64,000 bases of DNA, from the NCBI GenBank assembly GCA_045576355.1, contig JAZNGG010000029.1, positions 8,109 to 72,108 on the forward strand. The letters are read 5' to 3'. The notes below the pieces were generated by a model. That model did not search any database. It had not been told where the DNA came from and worked only from the letters and a program-made list of their open reading frames with translations. Position numbers and translations under genes: made by a program. Each line of letters begins with the position of its first letter. The stretch's first letter is position 1. Source of the DNA: Bacteroidales bacterium. Lineage in GTDB: Bacteria; Bacteroidota; Bacteroidia; Bacteroidales; UBA3663. Shown piece after piece: positions 46,693-56,000 of the stretch.

Positions 46693-48558
46693 ATGAAAAA
46701 TCGTATCTGCTTATCAGTCCTGCTTGCCCTCTTCGGGCTCTCATCATGCTCTGACGCACAGGGGCAAAGCATCGACCTTTATGTCTCTCCTCAAGGTCAT
46801 GACTATCTGGACGGACGATCACCCGATCACCCGATGAAGTGCATCCACCGGGCACTGAGAGAGGCACGCGAGATCCGCCGCATCGGTAAGGAGGACGTGA
46901 GCCAAGGGATCCGTATCCACCTCGCAGACGGCACATACTGCCAAGAGGGACCCCTCTTCTTCCGTCCCGAAGATAGTGGCACGGAAGGGGGTCCGACAAC
47001 AATCATCGCCGACCATCCGGGCAAGGCGATCATCAGCGGCGGACGTGAGGTGTCCGGATGGCAACCCCTGACAGAGTCGGTGGAGGGCCTGCCGGAAGCC
47101 GCCCGCGGCAAAGTGTGGGTGGCAGATGCTCCGAGAGTGGGCAATCGGATTCTGGAGAGCAGGCAACTCTGGGTCAATGGCAAAAAGGCTGAGAGAGCAG
47201 CGCTTGTGCCACACGGCGAGATGATCCGAATGACAGACTTCCGCAAAGAGAAACGTGAGATATGGATCCCCACGCCCGAGGTGAGCGGACTGGGAAAGGC
47301 ACAACAAGCAGAGATGGTGGTGCACCAACGCTGGGCCATCGCCATCCTGCGCATCAAGGAGATGGAGACCGTGGGCAAAGTGACGCGGGTCTCTTTTCAT
47401 GAACCGGAGAGTCGGCTCGAGTTTGAACATCCCTGGCCACAGCCGGTGATCGGGGAAGAAAAAGGCAACTCCTCGTTCAACATCGTGGGGGACATCCGTC
47501 TGCTGGACCGACCGGGTGAATGGTGGCAGGAGTATCCCTCCGGTAAGATCTATTATTACCCTCGCCCCGATGAGCAGATGGAGGAAGCTGTGGCAGTGAT
47601 GCCCTACCTCCCGACCCTGATCCGAATCGCCGGCAGTGACGAAAGAGAGGTGGCTCACATCCGGATGGAGGGTGTCAGCCTGCAACATGCCGCATGGTTA
47701 CAGCCCTCATTGAGCGGTCATGTGACGCTACAGGGAGGTATGCCGCTACTGGATGCCTATAAGTTGGCTATCCCGGGATTGCCCGAAAAGGCCGAACTGG
47801 AAAATCAGGCATGGATCGGACGTCCGGTCAGCGCGGTACAAGTAGAGGGAGCACATCACATCACGTTTGAAGGGTGCGAATTTATGCACTTAGGGGCGAC
47901 AGCATTGGATCTGGAGCAGGCAGTGCGTGACAGCCGTGTCAGCGGTTCACTCTTTACAGACATCGGAGGGACAGCCATCGCCATCGGGACATTCCCCGAC
48001 CAAGGCTTTGAGACACATGTCCCCTACATCCCGAAAGCCCCGAAAGAGCTATGCAGCAATATCCTCATCTCCGACAATCTGATCACCGAGGTTGCCAACG
48101 AGGACTGGGGATGTGTGGGCATCGGTGCAGGCTATGTCCGCGATGTGGTGATCGAGCACAATGAGGTGTCACACCTCAACTACTCCGGCATCTGTGTCGG
48201 TTGGGGATGGACGGCACTGGAGAGTGGTATGCGCAATAACCACATCCGTAATAATTATGTCCATCACTTTGCCGGTCAGCTCTATGACGCCGGGGGCATA
48301 TACACGTTGTCTAATCAGCCGGGATCAAGCATCACGGGCAATCGGATAGAACACTTGATCGACGCACCTTATGCAACTAATGACCGGGCATTTTATATCT
48401 ACCTGGACGAAGCAACCGATGGCTTTACGATCTCGGGCAACTGGTGTCCTGAGATTCGATTTGGGGATAACAAACCGGGTCCGGCTCTCATCTGGGGGAC
48501 CAATGGTCCGACAGTTACTCCCGAGATAAAGAACGCTGCCGGACGGAGAAGCAAGTGA
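46693..48558 (+). CDS. Right-handed parallel beta-helix repeat lipoprotein (pectin-lyase-fold glycan hydrolase/lyase-like)
   Basis: 621 aa, lipobox LSSC. Repeated ...GxxIxxNxI... coils (SNILISDNLITEV, VVIEHNEVSHLNYSGI, NNHIRNNYVHH, ITGNRIEH). Confidence 0.65.
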   Translation: MKNRICLSVLLALFGLSSCSDAQGQSIDLYVSPQGHDYLDGRSPDHPMKCIHRALREAREIRRIGKEDVSQGIRIHLADGTYCQEGPLFFRPEDSGTEGGPTTIIADHPGKAIISGGREVSGWQPLTESVEGLPEAARGKVWVADAPRVGNRILESRQLWVNGKKAERAALVPHGEMIRMTDFRKEKREIWIPTPEVSGLGKAQQAEMVVHQRWAIAILRIKEMETVGKVTRVSFHEPESRLEFEHPWPQPVIGEEKGNSSFNIVGDIRLLDRPGEWWQEYPSGKIYYYPRPDEQMEEAVAVMPYLPTLIRIAGSDEREVAHIRMEGVSLQHAAWLQPSLSGHVTLQGGMPLLDAYKLAIPGLPEKAELENQAWIGRPVSAVQVEGAHHITFEGCEFMHLGATALDLEQAVRDSRVSGSLFTDIGGTAIAIGTFPDQGFETHVPYIPKAPKELCSNILISDNLITEVANEDWGCVGIGAGYVRDVVIEHNEVSHLNYSGICVGWGWTALESGMRNNHIRNNYVHHFAGQLYDAGGIYTLSNQPGSSITGNRIEHLIDAPYATNDRAFYIYLDEATDGFTISGNWCPEIRFGDNKPGPALIWGTNGPTVTPEIKNAAGRRSK

Positions 48559-48565
48559 TATATTT

Positions 48566-48880
48566 AGTTGAGGGGTTGAGAGGTTGAAGGGTTGAGGGGT
48601 TTAAAGGGCTGCGCCCGCAGGGCTTATGGAGCTTTGCTCTGCTATGGCTAATGGCGATGGCTACAAGGGTTCATGGCAGATGGCTTTGTTTTCACCTTAT
48701 AATGGGGCTGCGCCCCTAAACCCTTCAACTGAGATAACAGAGTACAGATAACAGAGCAAAGCCATCGCCATCAGCTATAGCGGACGAAGTCCATCAGCCA
48801 TCGCCATCGCCAAAAGCCATCGCCATCAGCCATAGTAGGGCGCAGCCCTTTAAACCTCTAAACCAACAAACCAAACTGTT
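48566..48880. repeat. Composite palindromic intergenic repeat (family copy R4)
   Basis: G-rich decamers (48567-48603). GGGCTGCGCCC...GCTATGGCTAATGGCGATGGC...AGATGGCTTTGTTTTCAC, then the complementary modules back to GGGCGCAGCCC. Confidence 0.85.
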
Positions 48881-48921
48881 AAAAAACCTTTTCCCCTCTT
48901 GACATCGGCTTTCGATTGTTG

Positions 48922-48929
48922 TATCTTTG
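48922..48929 (+). promoter_or_regulatory. -7 promoter box TATCTTTG at the 5' end of cassette copy B
   Basis: Exact TAnnTTTG match, conserved in copy A (complement 15438-15445). Confidence 0.4.
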
Positions 48930-48935
48930 TGACAC

Positions 48936-49033
48936 ATTTTGGTGATTACCCCTGTTTTGGGATAGTAAACGATGAAGCGTTGAGACGTTGTTGGGTTCAG
49001 ACCCTCCATGTTTCGATGCTTCATCGTTTTTTT
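48936..49033 (+). ncRNA. Candidate ~100-nt RNA inside cassette copy B
   Basis: 14-bp stem 48970-48983 / 49013-49026 followed by T7 (49027-49033). One stem position is U-A in copy A and U-G in copy B, which is tolerated only on this strand. Confidence 0.35.
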
Positions 49034-49150
49034 GTGTTCCTGCACTCGGCCGTTCGGATGAAAATTCGACGGCTCAAAAGGGTCCATTCATCGTGTTTTT
49101 TTGCTTAAAAGGCCGAGGCTTTTTACTTCACGCGCGTAGCCTCATTATTC

Positions 49151-49275
49151 AACGAGCGTACCCGCGTTGGTCGATGAGCGTACGCTCGTTGTGCAACGAG
49201 GCTACGCTCGTTAAAAATTCGCCCCGATGCGTTCCCCCATACAAGCCGATGCGAGAACAGATGAGAGCCGATGCG
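49151..49275 (+). repeat. 22-bp-periodic array (copy B): three AACGAG-N6-CTCGTT palindromes, then three GCC(C)GATGCG direct repeats
   Basis: Palindromes at 49151-49168, 49173-49190 and 49195-49212. Direct repeats at 49221, 49243 and 49265. Confidence 0.8.
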
Positions 49276-49460
49276 TGAAAATTATCTCACTTATCAATTT
49301 CTCCCTCGGTCTTTACTGTGATTTTTATGATTGAAACTTTGTCTTCTGATCCATTTTCCCCCTATCTTTAAAAGGTCTCCGATGAGTTTGGCTCAAAGCC
49401 GGAGTATATACCCCATAAAATGATATGCCGAAATAGCATTTAGGTGTTAATGTTTTATAA

Positions 49461-49800
49461 ATGGCAGGGTTGGTTTATGGGCTGCGCCTGCGATGGCTCA
49501 TGGCGATGGCAATGGCTTTGTTTTCACTTTTCACCTTTCAGTTTTCTCTTTGCTCTTTCCTCTTGTCAAGGCGAAGCTCACGTCCAAAGGGAATAATTCG
49601 CAGAATAACGCTCGCTATCGCTTGCGTTTCCCATCCGGATGGCAAAGCACTGCGGAGCATGTGCGCTCTGTGAAATTCTGTGCTTTTCTGTGTGCGAAAA
49701 ACTATGGCAGATGGCGATGGCTGATAGCTGTGCCTCTATAAGAGCAAAACTGAAAACAAAGCCATCTGCCATCGCCATCTGCCATCGCAGGACGAAGTCC
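49461..49800. repeat. Composite palindromic intergenic repeat (family copy R5)
   Basis: GGGCTGCGCCTGCGATGGCTCATGGCGATGGCAATGGCTTTGTTTTCAC ... GAAAACAAAGCCATCTGCCATCGCCATCTGCCATCGCAGG, with a ~150-bp unique centre. Confidence 0.85.
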
Positions 49801-49894
49801 CTAAAATTTTCCTCTTTATATTTTTCTAATTAGTAGAAAATTTGTTTCTTTGCAAAACAATCTGAAAAATCACAAATCTTATAAAATCACAAAC

Positions 49895-51670
49895 ATGAAA
49901 ACCTATCCTAAAATCGGTATCCGACCCGTCATTGATGCACGCCAAGGCGGTATCCGCGAAGGTCTCGAAGAGAAAACCATGTGTCTGGCTAAAGCCGTAG
50001 CAACATTGATTTCCGAAAACGTAAAAAACAGTGATGGAACACCCGTAGAGTGTGTCATTGCCGATGGCACTATCGGTCGTGTTGCCGAGACAGCAGCTTG
50101 TGCCGCTAAGTTTGAACGTGAGGGAGTCGGTGCTACCATCACCGTGACTTCTTGCTGGTGCTATGGTTCAGAAACCATGGACATGCACCCACATTGGCCA
50201 AAGGCTGTTTGGGGATTTAACGGTACAGAGCGCCCCGGTGCAGTCTATCTGGCAGCGGTCCTTGCAGCCCATGCACAAAAGGGTCTGCCGGCATTCGGCA
50301 TCTACGGACATGACGTACAAGACATGGGAGACAACTCTATCCCCGCCGATGTGGCAGAAAAAATACTCCGTTGGGCACGCGCAGCTCAAGCCGTAGCCAC
50401 CATGCGCGGACAGAGCTACCTCTCTATCGGCAGCCAATGTATGGGTATCGCAGGCAGTATCGTGGATCAGAACTTCTTCCAGGAATATCTCGGCATGCGC
50501 AATGAGAGCGTAGATGAAACAGAGATCCTGCGCCGCATGGAGGAAGGAATCTATGATCATGAGGAGTTTGCCAAAGCCATGGCATGGACAGAGAAATACT
50601 GCAAACCGAAAGAGGGATGGGATAAAAACCGCCCGGAGAAACAGAAAGATCGCGCCGGCAAGGACGCTGACTGGGAATTTGTCGTTAAGATGACCATCAT
50701 CATCCGCGACTTGATGTTGGGCAATCCCAAACTGCGCGAGATGGGCTTCAAAGAGGAGGCCATCGGACACAATGCCATCGCAGCCGGATTTCAGGGACAA
50801 CGTCAATGGACTGACTGGAAACCTAACGGAGACTTCTCTGAGGCACTCTTATGCAGCACCTTCGACTGGAATGGTATCCGTGAGGCTTATGTCCTCGCCA
50901 CCGAAAACGATGCTTGCAACGGCGTATCGATGCTCTTTGGCAAACTGCTGACCGGATGCGGACAGATGTTCTCTGACGTGCGCACATATTGGAGCCCGGA
51001 AGCCGTGAAACGTGTGACCGGTAAAGAACTCACCGGAATGGCTGCCGGAGGCATGATCCACCTCATCAACTCAGGAGCCACCACACTCGATGCCACCGGT
51101 GCGAGCACCAATGCTCAAGGTGAGCCTTGTATGAAGCCGGCATGGGAAATGACAGAGGCTGATGCTGAAGCCTGTCTGAAAGCGACCAACTGGCTGCCGG
51201 CTGACCGCGACTACTTCCGTGGAGGAGGATTCTCAAGCAACTTCCTCAGCAAGGGAGGAATGCCGGTGACGATGTGCCGTCTTAATCTGATCAAGGGGCT
51301 TGGTCCTGTTCTGCAGATCGCAGAGGGCTGGACAGCAGACGTCGAACCGGAAATCTTCGATGTCCTCAATATGCGCACAGACCCAACTTGGCCGACTACA
51401 TGGTTCGTGCCTCGTCTGGACGAAACCAAAGCCGCCTTTAAGGATGTCTATTCGGTGATGAATAATTGGGGAGCCAACCACGGCGCCATCAGCTACGGAC
51501 ACATCGGTGCAGACTTAATCACTTTGGCCTCTATGCTCCGCATCCCGGTATGTATGCACAATGTCCCGGAAGATCAGATTTTCCGCCCGGCAGCATGGAA
51601 TGCCTTTGGCATGGATAAGGAGGGTGCAGACTATCGTGCTTGCGCCACTTACGGCCCGGTGTATAAATAG
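49895..51670 (+). CDS. fucI: L-fucose isomerase
   Basis: ORF 49850-51670. Start chosen at [22 protein letters not shown] (ATG 49895), giving 591 aa, the canonical FucI length and N-terminus. Confidence 0.9.
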   Translation: MKTYPKIGIRPVIDARQGGIREGLEEKTMCLAKAVATLISENVKNSDGTPVECVIADGTIGRVAETAACAAKFEREGVGATITVTSCWCYGSETMDMHPHWPKAVWGFNGTERPGAVYLAAVLAAHAQKGLPAFGIYGHDVQDMGDNSIPADVAEKILRWARAAQAVATMRGQSYLSIGSQCMGIAGSIVDQNFFQEYLGMRNESVDETEILRRMEEGIYDHEEFAKAMAWTEKYCKPKEGWDKNRPEKQKDRAGKDADWEFVVKMTIIIRDLMLGNPKLREMGFKEEAIGHNAIAAGFQGQRQWTDWKPNGDFSEALLCSTFDWNGIREAYVLATENDACNGVSMLFGKLLTGCGQMFSDVRTYWSPEAVKRVTGKELTGMAAGGMIHLINSGATTLDATGASTNAQGEPCMKPAWEMTEADAEACLKATNWLPADRDYFRGGGFSSNFLSKGGMPVTMCRLNLIKGLGPVLQIAEGWTADVEPEIFDVLNMRTDPTWPTTWFVPRLDETKAAFKDVYSVMNNWGANHGAISYGHIGADLITLASMLRIPVCMHNVPEDQIFRPAAWNAFGMDKEGADYRACATYGPVYK

Positions 51671-51875
51671 GGTGGTAGCCCCCCTGCGAGGGCATGGGGG
51701 CTACCGCCCTGCTATGGCTCATGGCAATGGCATGGTTGGTTGAGGGGTTGAAGGGTTGAGGGGTTGAAAAAATAAACTTCTAAACCAAATAAAGGGCTGC
51801 GCCCCTGCTATGGCTGATGGCAATGGCAGATGGCTTTGTTTTCAGTTTTCCTCTGTTCTCTATACTCTGTACTCA
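51671..51875. repeat. Composite intergenic repeat (family copy R6)
   Basis: 10-bp hairpin GGTAGCCCCC/GGGGGCTACC (51674-51705), GCCCTGCTATGGCTCATGGCAATGGC, G-rich decamers (51734-51766), and a second GGGCTGCGCCCCTGCTATGGCTGATGGCAATGGCAGATGGCTTTGTTTTCAG. Confidence 0.85.
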
Positions 51876-51891
51876 ACTAACGTATAAAAAA

Positions 51892-52281
51892 ATGAATCCA
51901 ACACCCCAACAAGGATATCCTGCCAGACAATATCCACACCCGGTAAAACGTTACTGCCAGACCCTCGATCTCCGAGACAATCCGGAACTGATTGCGGCCT
52001 ATCGTCGAGCACATAGTCCACAAGAGTTCTGGCCGGAAATCCTCTCCGGCATCCGTGAAGTCGGTATTTTAGAGATGGAGATCTACCTGCTCGGCACCCG
52101 TCTTTTCATGATCGTCGAGACCGCAGAAGATTTCGACTGGGAGACAGCCATGGCTCGTCTGGCAACACTGCCCCGACAAGCCGAATGGGAAGACTTTGTC
52201 GGACAGTTTCAGCAAGTACTCCAAGGAGCCAAGTCATCTGAGAAATGGAGACTGATGGAGCGCATTTTCAAACTTTACTGA
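51892..52281 (+). CDS. RhaM/YiiL-family sugar mutarotase (L-rhamnose/L-fucose mutarotase-like)
   Basis: ORF 51817-52281, whose first 25 codons read through the repeat. Start chosen at MNPTPQQ (ATG 51892). EFWPEILSGIREVGILEMEIYLLGTRLFMIVE pattern. Confidence 0.7.
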   Translation: MNPTPQQGYPARQYPHPVKRYCQTLDLRDNPELIAAYRRAHSPQEFWPEILSGIREVGILEMEIYLLGTRLFMIVETAEDFDWETAMARLATLPRQAEWEDFVGQFQQVLQGAKSSEKWRLMERIFKLY

Positions 52282-52344
52282 CCCTCTCATCGAGGAGTCT
52301 CATAACCAAAACAACAGCCGAGTAACACCTAAAACATAATCAAC

Positions 52345-53649
52345 ATGAACAACCAGAAACCAAAACTTGTAGAGAAAAAATATCTCATCCCCTTTATCCT
52401 CATCACATCATTATTTGCCTTATGGGGATTTGCCAATGACATCACCAATCCGATGGTGGCAGCATTCCAGACAGTAATGGAATTGTCAGCAGCTAAGGCT
52501 TCGTTGATCCAATTTGCATTCTACGGCGGATATGCCACCATGGCGATCCCTGCCGCCCTCTTCATTCGCAAATACAGCTACAAGAGCGGTATATTATTGG
52601 GACTCGGTCTGTATGCCTTCGGTGCATTCCTCTTTATCCCGGCAGCACATTTCCAGGAGTTCACTTTCTTCTGTTTTTCGCTCTATATCCTCACCTTTGG
52701 TCTGGCATTCCTCGAAACGACAGCCAATCCGTTTATCCTTTCATTAGGAGACAAGGCGACCTCAACACGACGCCTCAACATGGCACAAGCATTCAATCCT
52801 GTCGGCTCTCTGAGCGGTATGGCAGTGGCATCCTTTATCGTGCTGCCGCAACTATGGTCTGACAGACGCGATGCCAGCGGTCAAACTTTCTTCCACACCC
52901 TTTCAGATCTGGAAAAGGCAGAGATCAGACTTCATGACCTGGCAGTGATCCGCAATCCATATGTAGCACTCGGACTGATCGTAGTCATCACATTTATTAT
53001 TATCGCCATCACCAAGATGCCGAAGGTGAAAGAAGAAGAGAACACAGAAGAAGCCGAACACACAGTGTGGCAGACACTGCTGAATCTCTGGCGCAACCGC
53101 ATCTATCGCTACGGTGTGATGTCACAGGTATTCTATGTTGGTGCTCAAATCATGGTGTGGACATTCATCATCCAGTATGCCGACCGACTGGGCATCGACA
53201 AAGCTACTGCACAAGCCTATAACATCGTGGCAATGTCTCTCAACCTCGGAGGACGATTTATCGGAACTTACATCATGAAATTTGTTAACACCAGACGTCT
53301 CCTGATGTTATTCGGTATCGGGGCATCATTATGCACCTTGGGAGCCATCACACTGAATAGCATGGCAGGTCTCATCAGCCTTGTGCTCATCAGTCTGTTT
53401 ATGTCCATCATGTTCCCATCGATCTATGGCATAGCCCTCGAAAACGTCGATACACAAGACACCAAACTCGGAGCTGCATTCCTCGTAATGGCGATCGTGG
53501 GAGGAGCTCTCATGCCTCCGCTTCAAGGTATGATCATAGACTTGAAGACCATTGGCTCATTCCCTGCAGTCAATCTCTCTTTCTGTCTGCCGCTGATCTG
53601 CTTCCTGGTGATCGTCTGGTACGGACGTTATAGTCTGAAGAGAAGCTAA
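52345..53649 (+). CDS. fucP: L-fucose:H+ symporter permease (MFS)
   Basis: 434 aa, 12 TM segments, N-terminal FALWGFANDITNPMV FucP pattern. Confidence 0.85.
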   Translation: MNNQKPKLVEKKYLIPFILITSLFALWGFANDITNPMVAAFQTVMELSAAKASLIQFAFYGGYATMAIPAALFIRKYSYKSGILLGLGLYAFGAFLFIPAAHFQEFTFFCFSLYILTFGLAFLETTANPFILSLGDKATSTRRLNMAQAFNPVGSLSGMAVASFIVLPQLWSDRRDASGQTFFHTLSDLEKAEIRLHDLAVIRNPYVALGLIVVITFIIIAITKMPKVKEEENTEEAEHTVWQTLLNLWRNRIYRYGVMSQVFYVGAQIMVWTFIIQYADRLGIDKATAQAYNIVAMSLNLGGRFIGTYIMKFVNTRRLLMLFGIGASLCTLGAITLNSMAGLISLVLISLFMSIMFPSIYGIALENVDTQDTKLGAAFLVMAIVGGALMPPLQGMIIDLKTIGSFPAVNLSFCLPLICFLVIVWYGRYSLKRS

Positions 53650-53651
53650 AT

Positions 53652-53697
53652 AATCGTTTCGGGCAAAGTCTGTCATCCGTTTATATACGAAACGATT
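53652..53697 (+). other. 10-bp hairpin after fucP (weak terminator or processing site)
   Basis: AATCGTTTCG / CGAAACGATT with a 26-nt loop. No strong T-run. Confidence 0.35.
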
Positions 53698-53735
53698 GAG
53701 ATCTATATTTATCAAATAAACATTTAACTAAAACA

Positions 53736-55988
53736 ATGAAACAGACCAATTATCATCTGTTTGACTTTATGGATTTTGATCCGGAGCTCTCCCTCAACGA
53801 ATCTCTCTGGAAAGCGTGCCGACCAACACAAATCAGAGAACAAGATGGAGACATCTGGCTGGACATACCTTTTCAGAAACAGCAGTTGGCCAACGATATG
53901 GCTGCTGACGAAACAGCACCTCGGGTCACACACACACTGAGACTCCGTGCCTATAATCATCACATAGTCCGCCTATCGACCTCTTTTTCGGAGAAACACG
54001 ATGCCCATCCGGATGAAGATGATATGCTCTCATGGCACAAAGAGATCCATCAGATGCCCCTGTCTCTCCATGAAGAAAACGGTCTTTGGACCGTGACAGA
54101 TGATAAAGGCATAAAAAGGGCTGAAATCAATCTGAGGGAGGCTGTAATAGACTACTGGAGCGACCTCCAGCCTGCACCCCAGGAGACGATAGACATGACG
54201 CTCTTCCCCGATGGGAAAAAGAGTGTCCGTCTGAGTGCCTATGACCACTTTTCGCCCCCTCGTTACGATGCTCTCCCATTGGCTTACTGCCTCAAAGATG
54301 GGGAAAGCGAACGTGCCACACTCTCTTTCGAATGTCAGCCCGACGAATGTTTTGTCGGTACGGGTGAACGATTTACCAAAATGGACCTGAGCGGAAGGAC
54401 ATTCCAGCTTAAAAACCAGGATGGACAAGGGGTTAACAACCGTCGATGCTATAAGAACATCCCATTCTACCTGAGTAGCCGGATGTATGGTGTCTTCTAT
54501 CACACTTGTGCCCATTGTAAACTCTCTCTGGCAGATCACTCCACACGCTCAGTACAGTTTCTTAACGACCAGCCCACGATCGATGCATTTATCATCGGCG
54601 GTGAGACTCCCGAAGAGATCCTGCACGGCTATCGCTCCCTGACCGGTTTTCCTCCGATGCTCCCCCTCTGGAGTTTCGGCATCTGGATGAGCCGCATGAC
54701 CTACTTCAGCGCTGATGAAGTCAATGAGATCTGTCAGCGACTACGTGCAGAGAACTATCCCTGCGACGTGATCCATCTGGATACAGGATGGTTTAAGACC
54801 GACTGGTTATGTGAATGGAAATTTAACGAGGAACGATTCCCTAATCCCGTTAAGTTTATCCGTGATCTGAAAGAAAACGGATATCGTGTTTCCCTTTGGC
54901 AATTGCCCTATGTGGCAGAAGATGCCGAACAGATCACCGAGGCACGAGACAACAACTATATTGCCCCCCTTACCAAAAAACAAGAACGAGAAGGCTCCAA
55001 CTTCTCGGCATTAGATTACGCCGGAACTATCGACTTTACCTATCCTAAAGCGACAGAGTGGTACAAGCAATTGCTCCGCCGCCTGCTGGAAATGGGTGTC
55101 ACCTGCATCAAAACAGACTTTGGAGAAAACATTCACATGGATGCACTCTATCATGGCATGCCGGCAGCATTGCTCAACAATCTATATGCCCTGCTCTATC
55201 AGAAAGCCGCCTATGAGATTACCGAAGAGGTGTGCGGAGATGGCATTGTCTGGGCAAGAGCCGCGTGGGCAGGATGCCAACGCTACCCATTGCATTGGGG
55301 CGGCGACTCAGCCAGCACATGGGACGGAATGGCAGGTTCGCTGAAAGGAGGTTTGCACTTCGGTCTCTCCGGATTTGCTTTCTGGAGCCATGATGTGCCG
55401 GGATTCCACAGCCTGCCCAACTTTATGAACTCCCCCTTGCAGGAGGATGTCTATGTCCGCTGGACACAGTTTGGAGTCTTCACGTCTCATATGCGCTATC
55501 ATGGCAGCCACAAACGCGAACCATGGGCATATCCTGCCATAGCCCCGATCGTCAAGAAGTGGTGGCATCTGCGTTATCGACTTTTGCCTTACATCATCGA
55601 GCAAAGCCAAAAAGCCACCACCACCGGCTATCCTCTCGTTCGTGCCCTCATCTTCCATCATCATGATGACCGGATCTGCTGGCACATCGATGACCAGTAT
55701 TATTTCGGTGATGACCTCATGGTAGCTCCGGTAATGAACAGCGATAACTGCCGTGATGTCTATCTGCCGGAAGGCGAATGGGTGGACTTCTTCTCCGGCG
55801 AGACATTGCAGGGGGGCAGATGGTTGCGCCATCTGGAAGTTCCTTTGGACAAAATGCCTGTCTATGCTAAAAAAGGCAGTAACATTCCTATGTATAACGA
55901 ACCGGTGCAGTGCACCGATCAGATGGATCTCAGCAAAGCCGAACTCCTTTGCATCGATGAAACATTCGGAGGAATCTCCTTAGACTGA
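53736..55988 (+). CDS. GH31 glycoside hydrolase, YicI-like alpha-xylosidase type
   Basis: 750 aa with no signal peptide seen. Nucleophile block CIKTDFGENI (D at 55116-55118) and acid/base block LHWGGDS, as in YicI-type alpha-xylosidases. Confidence 0.8.
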   Translation: MKQTNYHLFDFMDFDPELSLNESLWKACRPTQIREQDGDIWLDIPFQKQQLANDMAADETAPRVTHTLRLRAYNHHIVRLSTSFSEKHDAHPDEDDMLSWHKEIHQMPLSLHEENGLWTVTDDKGIKRAEINLREAVIDYWSDLQPAPQETIDMTLFPDGKKSVRLSAYDHFSPPRYDALPLAYCLKDGESERATLSFECQPDECFVGTGERFTKMDLSGRTFQLKNQDGQGVNNRRCYKNIPFYLSSRMYGVFYHTCAHCKLSLADHSTRSVQFLNDQPTIDAFIIGGETPEEILHGYRSLTGFPPMLPLWSFGIWMSRMTYFSADEVNEICQRLRAENYPCDVIHLDTGWFKTDWLCEWKFNEERFPNPVKFIRDLKENGYRVSLWQLPYVAEDAEQITEARDNNYIAPLTKKQEREGSNFSALDYAGTIDFTYPKATEWYKQLLRRLLEMGVTCIKTDFGENIHMDALYHGMPAALLNNLYALLYQKAAYEITEEVCGDGIVWARAAWAGCQRYPLHWGGDSASTWDGMAGSLKGGLHFGLSGFAFWSHDVPGFHSLPNFMNSPLQEDVYVRWTQFGVFTSHMRYHGSHKREPWAYPAIAPIVKKWWHLRYRLLPYIIEQSQKATTTGYPLVRALIFHHHDDRICWHIDDQYYFGDDLMVAPVMNSDNCRDVYLPEGEWVDFFSGETLQGGRWLRHLEVPLDKMPVYAKKGSNIPMYNEPVQCTDQMDLSKAELLCIDETFGGISLD

Positions 55989-56000
55989 TAATATACATTT

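Larger units (their letters stand above)
48881..49460 (+). repeat. Non-coding cassette, copy B (inverted relative to copy A)
   Basis: See copy A. The copies differ by frame-breaking indels, so the short ORFs inside are not conserved. Confidence 0.85.

Noticed and set aside
48984-49012. tRNA-like string TTGGGTTCAGACCCTCCA in the cassette hairpin loop.
   Set aside because: No acceptor, D or anticodon arms can be drawn around it, and the T-loop consensus is not met. It is not a tRNA or tmRNA.
48899-49278. Partially similar short ORFs inside the two cassette copies (48899-49108 and 48988-49278 versus 15228-15428 and 14994-15200).
   Set aside because: The copies differ by frame-shifting indels, and the similarity follows the nucleotide alignment rather than one reading frame. 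They are treated as non-coding.
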